Positions 37,300 through 55,117 of a stretch of 64,000 nt of DNA are shown here, piece by piece. The translations under genes and the position numbers were made by a program. Source of the DNA: the human T2T-CHM13v2.0 reference genome, Homo sapiens; assembly GCF_009914755.1 (NCBI RefSeq), contig NC_060926.1. One strand, 5' to 3'. How positions within the stretch are numbered: position 1 is the first letter of the stretch; every line of letters begins with the position of its first letter. Under the pieces are notes generated by a model. The model saw only the letters and a list, made by a program, of their open reading frames with translations, was not told the DNA's origin and made no database searches.

Positions 37300-38230
37300 T
37301 GCGCAGGAATCAAACGCAAACTGGTGAACCAACTAGAGGGCCGCGGGGGCAGAAGTGTCCGGCGGGGATCCGGACAGCGCATCCGGAAGCGCCATGGGCC
37401 AACGCTCGCAGGAACCTGAACCCCTGGGCCAGCGCCGCCTTTGCTCGCAGAGGCCTCTAGCATCTGTACTGTCGAAGCCCTCTGAGCTTCAGGGCAGACT
37501 GAAGAGCCTTACACACCAGACACTTGGACGCGATCGCGCCAGAAATCCCCGGGAATTCAGTCTTGGCTCCGACTCCAAAACAAATGATTCCTCACCAGCC
37601 AGATCTCCATCATTGGCGTTAGTCTCTGGTCACCTGACTTGTTCAAGCCAATGAGAGGGGGCCGAATTAGTACTTCCGCTTTCCGTGCTGTTTAACGAGC
37701 CACTATGCCCGTCCCTCGGATACTCTGATTGGCCAGCCTCTCTCAGCTCGTCAGTTTATTGGCCAGCGCCGCTAGGCCGCTATCGAGCAGGGTCCGAGGG
37801 CTGTGTCAGAAGGCTGGGCAGCCATGGCGTCCTATTTCGATGAACACGACTGCGAGCCGTCGGACCCTGAGCAGGAGACGCGAACCAACATGCTGCTGGA
37901 GCTCGCAAGGTGGGTGCGCGGGGCTTGGGGATAGGGTCCAACCAGCAGGTTTCTGGGCTGGGGCTGGCTGGAGAAGGCGGATTACCAGGGGCAGCGGATT
38001 CTGGGGAGGACAGATGAGTAATCTGGAGTGTTAGTACGGGCGGCGAGACTGAGGGGTGTGGGGATGAGCATCTCGATAATTTGGGCCGTCCGTTGGGCCG
38101 GCCTGGGGCAAGGGGATTGCGGGAAAGATTGGAGCTGGAGAGTGGTGGGCGTGGGGGCGGAAGGACAGCAGGCTCTGGGAGGTCTCAGAGAAGGTGAGGC
38201 ATGGGGGCGGGGTTGGGGCCGTGTGCTGTG
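37300..38230. promoter_or_regulatory. RNF181: CpG island / RNF181 promoter with four CCAAT boxes and ETS sites
   Basis: ATTGG/CCAAT at 37612, 37648, 37728 and 37758 (the last two are both ATTGGCCAGC, 30 bp apart). ACTTCCG at about 37672. Confidence 0.8.
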
Positions 38231-39564
38231 AGTGGGTATATTCATCAGTAACAGCAGGCACTGCTGTTACTGGACCTGGAATCTGGCTTGGTCTTGGAAT
38301 CTGGGCTCTACCAGGTTATTCAGCGTAGCCTGAGTAACTTCTCTGAATCTGTTGCCTCATGTGTAAAATGGGAATAAACACTTTACGTGCTGGGGCGGTC
38401 TGATAGCAGTTGTAAACTATTTCCCATCGTGCTTTTTATCTAGTGAGCATCTACTAACTACTAAGGGTAGCTATTATTCCTACTAGCTGGGCAGCGTGTT
38501 TATTAATGTCCAGTGGATTATGGGGACAAAGAAAAAGCATAGTTTTCCTTTGTTCTGACTTTACATCCCCTTCCCCAGGTCACTTTTCAATAGGATGGAC
38601 TTTGAAGACTTGGGGTTGGTAGTAGATTGGGACCACCACCTGCCTCCACCAGCTGCCAAGACTGTGGTTGAGAACCTCCCCAGGACAGTCATCAGAGGCT
38701 CTCAGGCTGGTGAGGACACTGATTCTTTCTGCTATTTGGGCCAGACCCACCCCTTCCCCAAGCCAGACTGTGGTCTGGTCCTTCAGTTTTCCAGGTCAGG
38801 TGGGGGCAAGTGTCCTTCAGGAGTGGGAGCTTGGGAGGCAGAGCCTGTAGCAGCTCTCCTGATCAGCACTCCTTCCTAAAGAGCTCAAGTGCCCCGTGTG
38901 TCTTTTGGAATTTGAGGAGGAGGAGACTGCCATTGAGATGCCTTGCCATCACCTTTTCCATTCCAGCTGCATTCTGCCCTGGCTAAGCAAGGTACTGCTT
39001 CTCTTCTTCTAGCTCTCACCGTGCCCTGGGCCCAGTACTCAAGCTTCTTTCTGTTCATGGACTGCTGGGGGATGGAAGAAGAGTGGCAGTTGGGAGCAGG
39101 GGAGGGTGGTTATCAGCTTATGAAGATCAGACCAAGGCTAGAACACTACTCTACTTTTCTCAGACAAATTCCTGTCCCTTGTGCCGCTATGAGCTGCCCA
39201 CTGATGACGACACTTATGAGGAGCACAGACGAGATAAGGTAGGGGCTGATGCTTAAGTGGAGGGGTCGTAATGGGCTCCCTGAGTCCTGTCCCCGCTGCC
39301 ATCACTTCCCACCTCAGCAGGACTGGGTAGGCCTCAGAATCCCTGGCTCTGGCTGTCTTCTTAGTGACTTTGATTTGTGGTGAGAGCCTCAGCAATGCAG
39401 ACGCCAGAGGCCTGAAAACAGAGCCAGCCCCATAATAGCTGCCCATCCCCTCACCCATAGGCCTTCAGTTTTGGCCCCTGCCCAGCATGCCTTCTTTCCT
39501 TCAGGCTCGAAAACAGCAGCAGCAACACCGACTGGAGAACCTCCATGGAGCCATGTACACGTGA
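37824..39564 (+). CDS. RNF181: E3 ubiquitin ligase RING finger protein 181, 153 aa
   Basis: join(37824..37909, 38579..38709, 38882..38991, 39164..39238, 39505..39564) gives [41 protein letters not shown]...[52 protein letters not shown]...HGAMYT* (RING-H2). Confidence 0.98.
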
Positions 39565-39620
39565 GGAGGTTGGGGCTGAGTGCTGGCCCTCTGCGTCTTC
39601 CTTATTAACCTTGAATCCTC

Positions 39621-39626
39621 ATTAAA
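39621..39626 (+). terminator. RNF181: RNF181 polyadenylation signal ATTAAA
   Basis: ATTAAA about 57 nt after the stop. Confidence 0.7.
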
Positions 39627-39900
39627 GGTTTCTTTACCCACCCTGAGGCTGTATTGATCACAGACCTGGCCAGGGGCTCTGCATCCTCCATCAGGTCTCT
39701 ACTTCTGTTGGGGAAGGTGATCCTAAATCGCAGAAGGCACCAGGCTGCGGTTTTCCTCCCTGCTGGCCCATCTGGACTCATGGCAGTGGTAAAGAACTGG
39801 ATTACTGCAATAGCCAGGGCTTGGGCCTATGTGTTCATGGTTGGAAGGCAAAATGTGTCAGGGTCTGGTACCCAGTTAATTACTTAAAGCTGATAAACTA

Positions 39901-40243
<343 letters not shown>

Positions 40244-40622
40244 TTAACTTTGTAATCCCACAGGTTTTCTTTTTGCTCCATTGAGAAAGCCACTTTTAAT
40301 ATTTTAAAGTTGCTCTCTGTACCACCCCCACCTTCCCCCCATGCCTCCTAAGGAATCAAAGTTCAAACCAGACTCTGAGTGGGGGATGGGTGAGATTATC
40401 AGACCAAGTTAGTTCTTTAGATTGCTTAGAGGCCCAGAAGGGTTTCAAGCCCTTTGAAGGGGTATTTGGGTGGCACCTGGCATCCTTTGTTTCTGGCAAC
40501 AGAGTGCACTCAGCACTCCTGGGGGGCAAGGGCTTCCTCCCATCCTTGGCTTATGGAAAGCCATCCCAGATCAGGCCCCCCAACTCTCCAGAACAGGCTA
40601 CAAACATGCAAATTAGAATTCT

Positions 40623-40628
40623 TTTAAT
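40623..40628 (-). terminator. TMEM150A: TMEM150A polyadenylation signal ATTAAA
   Basis: TTTAAT on the plus strand, about 510 nt downstream of the stop, next to a U-rich run. Confidence 0.65.
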
Positions 40629-41135
40629 ATAAAAAAAAGTACTAAAATACCCACGTGGTTCTGCTGTGTTATTTGCCCTAAAGGAAGTGAGGGGCAGAGT
40701 GAAGAATCCCAGTGCAGCTCAGTGGGCCCAGAAATGGGCCTTTCCGTAGGCTAAGGCGTGCCCACTCCACCTCCACCAGACTTCTATCCCCTCTGCTGTT
40801 CCCAGCCCCCAATTCCTGCAGCAGGAAACCCCAGTGGTCTGGCTTTGGCACTGGGAGTAGAAGGCACCTGAAGGGCTGGCTGGGTGAGTGAGGACAGGTG
40901 ACCTTTAAAAACAAAACGACACCGTGGGGTGGGGAAGCAGGTCATGCAGCTGTGGCAGCTGGCAGGGCCCACTCCTCCATGGCACAGGTGGGCATGGGAT
41001 GGCCACTTCTCCAGAAGTGAGGAAGCCCAGATCCCAACAGAATACTTTCTCAAAATTGTTTTTGGTACGAAATAAATGGAAAGAAGATATGGGGTGGGGT
41101 GCTGTGGAGGCCGGGCCAGCCACCCTCCCCAGACC

Positions 41136-44008
41136 TTAGATCATAGCGATGCTCTCGGGGGCACAGTTGAGGTGGGTGGAGGTGCTGCTGCTCCCGGAGG
41201 ACTTGCAGGCCCGGCCAGGGGTAGGCTGCAGTGCAGCCACCAGTGTGTCTGAGGAGACTGCCCCAAACTCGTAGCTGAAGGTGCCATAGAAAATGAGGAT
41301 ATCGATGACACACACCCACTCACACAGGGCTGCCCCATGTTGCAGCTGAGAACTCTCATGGACAAAGAAGACTCCACCTAAAACGAGGCTAAGGAAATGT
41401 TCAGTAGGACATACGGAAACCTGGCAACACCCCTTCTGCAGTCTCAGGCCTCACCTCTCCAAAGGGAGAGGTGTTAGTCCTCTCCCCCACATGGCAGTGT
41501 TAGGCCTCCACCCCCCATCCTCTTGGGAGGGAGAAAGGTTGAGCTAGAGGATGAGTTCCTGGCTGCCCCGTCCTGAAAGGATACTGAGGACCAGGGTGAT
41601 AAAGGCGATGACAGCCAGCACACTTCGCAGATAGGCCACAGCCAGGTCCAGCGGGGCGGTGGCCCCTTGGTAGGAGAGAGCACAGTGCAGGCAAACAAAG
41701 AGCAGCCCCGCAGGGAAGGCCACGCCAGCTCCAACGTAGTGCAGAGACCTGGCATGATCCACCTGGGCCCAGAGAAGGGCCAGTTGGTGATGTGGCCATG
41801 GCCCCACCTCTCCACCCCTCCTTCAATGAATCTCCTCTCTCCCTCTTCCTTCCTCTCCCTCTTTCCAGCCCCAACCTTGAGGTGCCACACTGCAGGCAGC
41901 CAGGCCTTGTTAGGTAAAGTTTAAGGTTTGCAGGGGAGAAGGGGAAGCACCTGAAAGTTGCCAACCACCAAGAGGCCCGCAGCGTTGGTGCAGCCTGTGA
42001 TGAGTGCCGTGGTGTTAACCCAAGAGTGCCGACTCTGCTCCAGGAGCTGCCCGTAGCGCAGGAGGCAGATCAGGGCCACTGGGGGAGGAGAGCACAGTTG
42101 AGGCCTTCCTCCAGCCCTGGCCCTGCCCAGCGAGCCTGTCAGCTTCCCCCAGACGCTGTGGTGCTCCTGCCCCTTCTGAGGGGCAGAAAGGAACAGACAG
42201 GCGGGTGGTGAACTAGGTTTCCTCAGGCTCCAGCCAGCAGGGTGGCTGTGTGGGAGTCAGCTTTTGGCCTTCAAGGAAGGGGAGAAGCTGCCTCTATTGC
42301 CTTAGCCCTTGGTGGGGAGGGCTGCACAGAAGGGCTTCCTGGGCCTTTCTGTGTGGGGATCACTGGGCTGGGCACGCAGGGTCAGGGCTAAGGGTACAAC
42401 TCACCCATGAAAGCACCCATGTTGCCAATGAGGCTGAAGAGGCAGCTTTCTGGGGGATAGGAGCCACACTTGCTGCGAGGAGGGGGAAGGACAGAGTAAG
42501 AGGGGTGCAGGAGGCCCGGGGGGCCCCCATTTTGGCTCACTGGCTCTCCCCTGCTTTACCTGCACCTGCTCCTTAGCAGGCAGGCCACTGATTTATGTGA
42601 AGATCCAGGGTCCCTCATGAACAACTGGTTCCAGGCTGGGCCCCCAAAGCAGAGCTCATGTGTGTGAGAGAGAAGGGAGTGCCCAGGAGTGTTCGGGCAA
42701 CCCTGACACTCTTTGCTGAGCCCTGCGGCTGGTTTGGCTATCCTTGAGCCAGAACACGGGCTGGGCAATCTGAGGGCTCCAGCTTAAATCCAGGTGCCTC
42801 CGCTTATTAGCTGTGTGACCTGGATGAGGAAGACTGAGCCTGTTTCCTCACCTATAAAATGGTGAAAACAATACCTGCCTCACTCCTGGGAGGATGAAAA
42901 GAGACAATGCATATAAAGCACTCAGCAGAGTGCCTGCCCCACAGTAACTGTCAAGTAGTGTTGTTATTAAGTGGCTCTTAGGATACTTATTGTTCCTGAG
43001 ACCCAAGGACAGCTCTTTGCTTGAGGGGCTGTCTGGGAGGCCCTTAGATCTCCCTGACCGGCCCAATGTCCAGGCCTTACCTGATGAGGGGGACATCGTC
43101 CAGGGTGCAGCAGGTCTTGGGACCCCCTTGCTCAGCAGGGTCAGGAGGGCAGGACTCGTTGTAGGACCTGGCAGGCAGGACAGGGAGTAGACTGGGGGAA
43201 GGGACTGCCCCCAGGCCCTTGGCCTATAGCCTCAGGCCTCAAAGAGGACTCTCTCCCAGACCTCCCCTACAGGGACAGAAGATCCCACTCCCCAGTGCCC
43301 GCCTGAAGCAGTAACCAAAGGGGCAAAGGGATAGTGGGAAGTGGGTAGGTGGCAAGAAGCCATGCCTGGGGACCAATTTCAGAGAAGAGCAGTGAGGCTC
43401 AGGGTTGCAGTCTGGCTCGTGGCAGCCTCAGGCCCAAGAGGGGACAGAGATGAAGGAAGCTTTAGAGCAAGGTTGTCTGCAGAGTCCTTCATACCAGTTC
43501 TCCACAGGGCATACATGGTGGTTCATCACAGCCATGGCATACCTGTGGGAACAGAACTGTCACCCTGGCAGCCTTCCCGAGCCCCACTCAACCCACCCCA
43601 TGACCCTTCTCTTCAACCTTGATTTCTGGCCCCATTCAGCCTCATTATTGTTGCTGGGGACTCAAGTTGAGGTCCCTAAGGCTTGATGCCACACCAGCAC
43701 CTGCAGCATGCCCCCAGCTACAGGCCCTCTGGAAATTGCCCTGGCTAGAAGTATATTTGTCAGGGCCACCCTGCTGGACAGCAGTGGTGCCAGCTTGTCC
43801 CAAGGGGCTGTGTGCCCAGGCACCAAGTCAGGCTTTTGAGACACCCAGAGTGACCCTGGGTACCACCGTGGCTATGACAGGACAAGAGACTTTGTGTGCG
43901 TCATCAAGCTCCTGTTGCCCCCCGGGCACCCCCCTTTACTCACACAGTCCATATGCCAGTGATGGAGAACGCTGACAGGCTGACAGGCAGGAGGATCCAG
44001 GCGGTCAT
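41136..44008 (-). CDS. TMEM150A: Transmembrane protein 150A (DRAM/Sfk1 family), 271 aa
   Basis: complement join(43944..44008, 43495..43542, 43081..43167, 42405..42472, 41951..42078, 41585..41762, 41136..41377) = 816 nt, giving [44 protein letters not shown]...[20 protein letters not shown]...[12 protein letters not shown]. Confidence 0.97.
41378..41584 (-). other. TMEM150A: U12-type (minor spliceosome) GT-AG intron, last intron of TMEM150A
   Basis: 5' splice site GTATCCTTTC (41584-41575). Branch TTCCTTAGC (41396-41388) lies about 12 nt from the TAG acceptor. Confidence 0.88.
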
Positions 44009-44199
44009 GAGGGAGGGGAGCCAGGGTGGTGGTGGTGTTGGGGGGAGGACAAGAGGTAGATGGGGAAGTGGGGGCGGACCAGCTACCTTGAGATGTTTCT
44101 GCCACAACCATCAGCTGTCCTGGCCTGGTGGAGAGAGATCAAAGTCCAGGAGTGGGTAACTGGCCGGGAAGGGGGAGGGGAAGGGGGTCAACACCTTAT

Positions 44200-45200
44200 C
44201 CAGCGCTCCCGTTGGGTCTCTGAGCGTCCAAAGTTTGGGCTGAGCCCACGGCAGAACGTGAACACCCTCTGGCACTGGGGGCCTCCGCGGTCAACCCAAA
44301 TGCCACCGGCGTGCTGAGAGACGCAGGCGGACCGTAACATCTGGAAGGGAGTTACCCTCCTTCTGAGGGACCAGGGCTGGGAGAAGGGCTGGACAACCGA
44401 AGAGGCCACGCCAAGGAGAGGCTGGGTGCCGGCCCAGTGGAGCGGTGGCGAGTCGGCGGCGCGCAGGCAACCACCTGACCATCGGCGCCCTGGGCGAGGG
44501 GCGGGTTCACGCGGAAAGCCCAGCCCGGCCCGGCCCCCGCTCGCCTGGGCGCGGGGACCCCGGCTGGGGCCGGACCCTGCGGCCGGCGACCCCCCAGGAC
44601 CCGGGACGCGAGAGTCCCCAGGTGATTCCTGGAAGCCCGGAGGAAGGGAAGGAGCCCAGTACGCACCTCCCCGGAGCGCCCCGCCGCCGCCGCACCCTGC
44701 TCGGCCCCCTCGTGGCGCCGACTCTAGCTGCGGCCCTCGGAGCAGCCCTGAAAGGTTTAAAGGGCCGAGCGGCCCCGCCCCTGGAGGCCCCAGGCCTCGC
44801 CGCGCCGCCCGCCGGGACGTGGAGTCCGCGCAGCCCCGGCCTCGGTGCCCGCGCCCTGCCCGAGACTACAACTCCCGAGCCCCCGCGCCCGCGTCACGGG
44901 GGAAACGTGGGCGGTGTCCCAACTTCGGAGGACCTGGGCGCGGAGGGCTGTGGCGTGAAGACCGCTCTAAAACCGAGATGACTAGAGGTTCCGTTTAACC
45001 GATTCCTGCCGGGGAAGCGTCAGCAGGTGGGGATCTCGGGGCAGCCTGCATTCCAGCTCTACCTGGGATTGTCGCCGTGCACATGGCTGGAGGAGCGTCT
45101 CTCCGCCACTGCGCACATTTTGCAGCCTGCACCGGCCAACGGTGAGTCCTCTAGGAAGCTCTCTCAACGTGGCGCCCCATGCCTGCCTCTGGCCAGGGCT
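44200..45200. promoter_or_regulatory. TMEM150A: CpG island / TMEM150A promoter with ZNF143/THAP11-type motif
   Basis: CpG-dense; ACTACAACTCCC at 44865-44876. The first coding exon has a 5' UTR acceptor at 44124, so a non-coding exon 1 lies in this island (its exact ends are not determinable). Confidence 0.8.
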
Positions 45201-45484
45201 GCGGTGGGTCCAGAGAAGCAGACACAAAGACTTGGCTGTTTCTTAAGAAATCCAAGCGCCTGGGATTTGGCTTATGGTTCCTGTGGCTCAGCAAACTCCG
45301 GAGGAGGGCTGCTTTCATTAGATACTTTTTGCTTTCCTGCATACAAGTACACAATGTACTAGCCAGAAATCAGTGTCCAAGACGTGTTTCCCGACTGATC
45401 AACACTTATTTGAAATAAGACGGCAGAGACCAGAGGACATCCATTCTAAATAGACACATGTAGGTGTCAGTGTAGAGTAGGTAA

Positions 45485-45954
<470 letters not shown>

Positions 45955-46153
45955 GATGTTTCTTAAATTATTGCAAGGGTGGAAATACTTTCACATATCA
46001 GAAGTGTGCCTGGCATTCTGTCTCAAAGGCGGTCCCAGCATCTGTTGGAGCCCTTGTGAGATGACAGATCATCACCTGAATGGTGCACAGGCGCAGGTTG
46101 CCCAGCGTGGGGAGCTGAAGTTTGGCAACACTGGTGAGGCAAAGGCTATGTGA

Positions 46154-46450
<297 letters not shown>

Positions 46451-47331
46451 TAGTAGAGACGGGGTTTCACCATGTTGGTCAGGCTGCTCTTGAACTCCTG
46501 ACCTCAGGTGATCCGCTCGCCTTGGCCTCTCAAAGTGCTGGGATTACAGATGTGAACCACCGTGCCCAGCGGGAGAGCCCTGTCCTTAAACACATTAGGA
46601 CAAGTAGTTAAAACAGGGCCAAGAAGTATGGCTGTGTAGTGATCACTGTACAAGCACACCTGGCTGAATAAACCAGTGGGGGATAAAATCCAGCTCACCT
46701 GCCGCTGGCTATGCTTTGTGCCTCAGGACAAGGGTGTGCTTCCTTGCTAATTGACAGGAACCATCTTCCTGCCCAACTGCATTCCCACTGCGTAGGCACC
46801 TTATCTGCCCAATGGGGCTGTGAACCCTAATTGGAAGCTTTGCAATTCTTAACACTATATCTTCTTGAGCTGGGTTTGAGTCCCTATCCAATCAAGATGA
46901 AGGCCTGAGAGGACTACTCAAGTTCTAACATGATGTGGGGGCAAGGCATAGTAGTCCAGATCCGGGACATGAGGCAGCTTTTGGCTTAGTATGACAATCT
47001 AATAGTTCCTAAAATAGAATTATCCCAGGATGGAGCTCCGTATGACAGAAGGGCTCTTCATAGGTAGTTGGTAGGGGGAATTGTGTATCATGTAAGAAGT
47101 AGGACCAGATGTCTTTAAAAAGACCTTCCAACTCTAATGCTACATGAGTCTGTCTAGTTGTTATGTTCCAACAGGGACAGCTCTTAAAATAGTGTGGCAA
47201 AGCAAGAGATGAGATTTCCAGTGCTGACTCGGTGGTGGAATGACTTTAGGGCAGGTATTTAACCTCCACTTCCCCAAGTACACAAGTTATTTCACAACTC
47301 TTGGCAAAAACAGTGCTGTAAAAATCGTAAG

Positions 47332-47337
47332 TTTATT
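47332..47337 (-). terminator. C2orf68: Distal C2orf68 polyadenylation signal AATAAA (others at 47407-47412 and 50381-50386)
   Basis: TTTATT on the plus strand in an AT-rich zone about 3.7 kb downstream of the stop. Confidence 0.55.
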
Positions 47338-48770
47338 TGTTAAAAAAAATACTGTATTTGAAAAGTACCTTCCTTCTGGGATTTTCAAATAATTTGTACA
47401 CTACATTTTATTCATCTACACATTGGAAATGAGTAAACTGGTGAACATATAGCTTTTTATACATTTAACACAACCAGTGCAAATTCTCCTGCCTCTGAGA
47501 AGGCAGAGAAGCCCTTTACTCAGAAGGTCTTCAATTCTAGCATTACTCCAACTCCTAGGGAAATTTCGGGTGGGTGCCTATGGCTGTATGACCATCTGAT
47601 TCCTCAGGGACAGGACAGGAATTCAGCAAGGGAGCTTAAAATATTTTAAGTAATTGTCAACATTCCATGGTGACTCTCCCCAAAAATCTAGTGGTAGGAA
47701 AATAATCTGTACTTATTCCTCTTTCTGCACACAAAGCCCTCATTTAAATTTGTGAGCCTGCTTGGGATCCATTACCTAGCCATTCAGAGATCCTGTCAAA
47801 TGCACAGCAGATTGGATACTCACCATCCCAAAGGGGTTCCTCCCACCTGGATGGGGCCAATCTCTAGTTGACAGTGCCCCTCAGAGTGCACCATGGAGAT
47901 GGAATGTCCCTTCCAGAGAGACTTTTACACAGGGAAAAGCATTTGTTGGCTGGGCTCCAACTCTCATTTGGTACAAAAAGCTTTACATTCTTTTCCCTTT
48001 TTACATTACATTCTTCAAAGACTTCCGTGCTTGCCAGCTGGATAACAACTCAAGCTCTAGTGTTTACTCTTGCACAGCCCCAAACCCTTGGAAACTCAGC
48101 TTCGTTCTATCAGTGACATCACCCATTGTGGCCGAGGAACCACAAAACCTTAAAATACAGGCTTAAATTCAGCAAGCGAAGAACATTCCATATTGAATGG
48201 GCATGAGATATGCCTATCAGATTGTGTGTGTGTGCGCGTTTTTTAAAGACAGCCAATTACATCGTATCTAGTCAAATGAGCGGATTCTAAAGCAGCCTGC
48301 TGGGATGTTCCACTTAGTCTAATGCTGTTGCCACTGTACGCCACAGCACCGGACAGTGTTCTTTGGGACATCTCTGGGAAATGCTCTGGAACATGCTCCT
48401 TGATGGAAAACACTAATTTTTGAAAGAAGTAGATGTCTGGAGGCAGGTCTGGTGAATAAACTGAATAGTACTGCCTTGGACCCCAGCTGAGGGGTGGCAG
48501 TAAGCAATGAGGATGGGCTATAAAGCTGTTAACTGGCTAAGGGCCATCCTTGGGCAGGCATTTCAGACACATCTGTAGAGAGGGCAGTAGCATCTCCGAT
48601 AGGCCAGCTCTGAAGGAAGCTTAATGCTTAATACAGTCACACTGCATAAATTAGCTTAGAATGCTCTCTTGGGTAAAAAATATTAATAGTGTATATGCAC
48701 TTGAAAAGCAAAATTCCTCAAGAAAAAAAGTTTAATAGCAAGGAGTTTCCATCAGTCCCGGTCTTTGTGA

Positions 48771-49025
<255 letters not shown>

Positions 49026-50761
49026 TAGTAGAGACGGGGTTTCTGTGTTAGCCAGGACGGTCTGGATCTCCTGATTTCATGATCCGCCCGCCTCGGCCTC
49101 CCTACCTCTTCCTTTACTTAATAAGAATGCGGTCTAAATTTTCAGGTGCCAAGCCCCCAAACTCCTCTTCTAGCCTTCTGAATTGTGTAATAAAACCAGG
49201 AAACAGGTGATCCAGCTGTGCGAAAACAGACCTCAAATGTATTTCCAGACTAAAAAGCCAGACTTGCAGTGAAATCCTATGTTCCAAGTCATCAGATCAG
49301 TTTAAGGACTAGAAGACTAGAATGACTGACTGGTTCTCTGACCAGGAAGAACAGGGGTGGAGTTTGGGAGAGCCTTCTTGACCCAGGAGGCTTTGGAGGG
49401 TAGTTAACATTAGAAGTCAAAAGGCACTTCTAGCCCAGCTGCCTAAGTAGAGGACAAAGACTTTCTCCTTTCAAAGGAGAACTGAGCCCAGGATTGGTAA
49501 GTTTAAGGCACTTAACCTTGACCAGCTCTGTAGGTCTGGAGCATTCTGGTCCCTGGCCGCTTTCACCACCAGGCCCTTCTCACTTATCCACCTCACTTAC
49601 TGCCCCAGCATTCCTTTGGCATTGCGAGCTGTGACTTGACACATTTTAATGACAAGATTGAAGTAGCTACCTTGCAGGATAGATTTTCTGGGGTATAGGG
49701 GACAAACCAACAGTGCCATCAGGTGTCTTAACACCCGGATGTGGAGAAACCCCTGGGGCAAGGGCCTATGGTTTCAGGAAATCTCAGTTCTCAAAGGCTT
49801 AAAGCCATATTTCAAGGCACTGAGGTTAGGCTGATATGCTGGAAAACAAGTGCCTTGGAACTTCCGTACTGGAGGGGGAGGATGTCTTGTGGAATTCAGA
49901 CGTAAGCCTAACCCTGCATTAGAAAAAATGTTCACCGGGTTAGAGCAGTGGTATTCCTGGGGATCTTTATGCTAAGGATCTGAGTTACATACTCCTGGGA
50001 GGTAGGAGAGAAGGCCTCATTTCATTCCCTCTGGCGTGCTGTCAATCAGGCAATTATTGCTAATATTGACTTTCCCTTTGTAGGTATGTTCAGAACTGTT
50101 AAGTCACAACTGGAGAGTAAGTTCCCACTTGTTTATAATTCCCTTTTAGTCTGAGCAGAGGACAGTCTGTTCACGGCTAGGAATCAAGTTGAAAGTTGGA
50201 ATTCTGTAGCCCTGGCCGAGGCAGGTTTTGCTGTAAGAAATCTTTTCAGTTTAGCACCAACATCTTCCTAGGTTTCCTGTCTAGACAGTGCAAAGCAGTG
50301 GAACATGCGAGAAACGAAAAAGCCATGGAAAGGGAGGGAGACATGCTTGCAAATAGGCCTCAAAAATGGAGGTCTCCCACTTTATTGGTATCAGAATTAC
50401 TTGGAGAGTTTTTTAGAAGGGTAGATCCCCAGGCCCCGCCCCCACCTCCAAAGTCCTGAGCAGCTGGAGGTACACAGTCATTTGGAGGGGGAGGAAAACT
50501 GATGGATTCTACCTGAGGCAAAAAGATGAGGGAAAGGAACAAAGAAAAAGGGCTGAAAAAAGGTCTATAAACACATGGGTGGAAATGAGCAAAAGCACAG
50601 AAGAAACATAAAATAACAAACGTGGCTCATGGAGCTGAGTGGAACAGCAGCAGCCAGGCATATGACCTCGGTGAGAAAGCACCATGTTGCACGAGGCTTC
50701 ATAAATTCTGGTTCTCCCTGGAGTCTCTGCTTCTAGAACACATTAGCCACACAAAATCCTC

Positions 50762-50790
<29 letters not shown>
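50762..50790. repeat. A29 mononucleotide run (U29 in the C2orf68 3' UTR)
   Basis: 29 consecutive A with no adjacent Alu body. Confidence 0.95.
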
Positions 50791-50792
<2 letters not shown>

Positions 50793-51005
50793 ATTCCAGA
50801 ATATCAGGCTGGGCAAATGGGTCAACATATAAGAAAGAATGACTGCAAGGCAGGCCAGGTGTAGTCCTGCAACACCCTATGGATGCAGCAGCTCTGGGGG
50901 TCTCAAGATCAGACAAACTGGTCCTGGTACCCCCACACTAAATTCCCTGGGCAGAATTCTTCCGAGTGCAGTGAATCCAGCCTGGAGAGAACGCCTTCAA
51001 CATGG

Positions 51006-55117
<4,112 letters not shown>

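Noticed and set aside
50700-50800. A29 as the tail of a processed pseudogene
   Set aside because: No upstream AATAAA at the expected distance, no TSD and no recognisable parent sequence.
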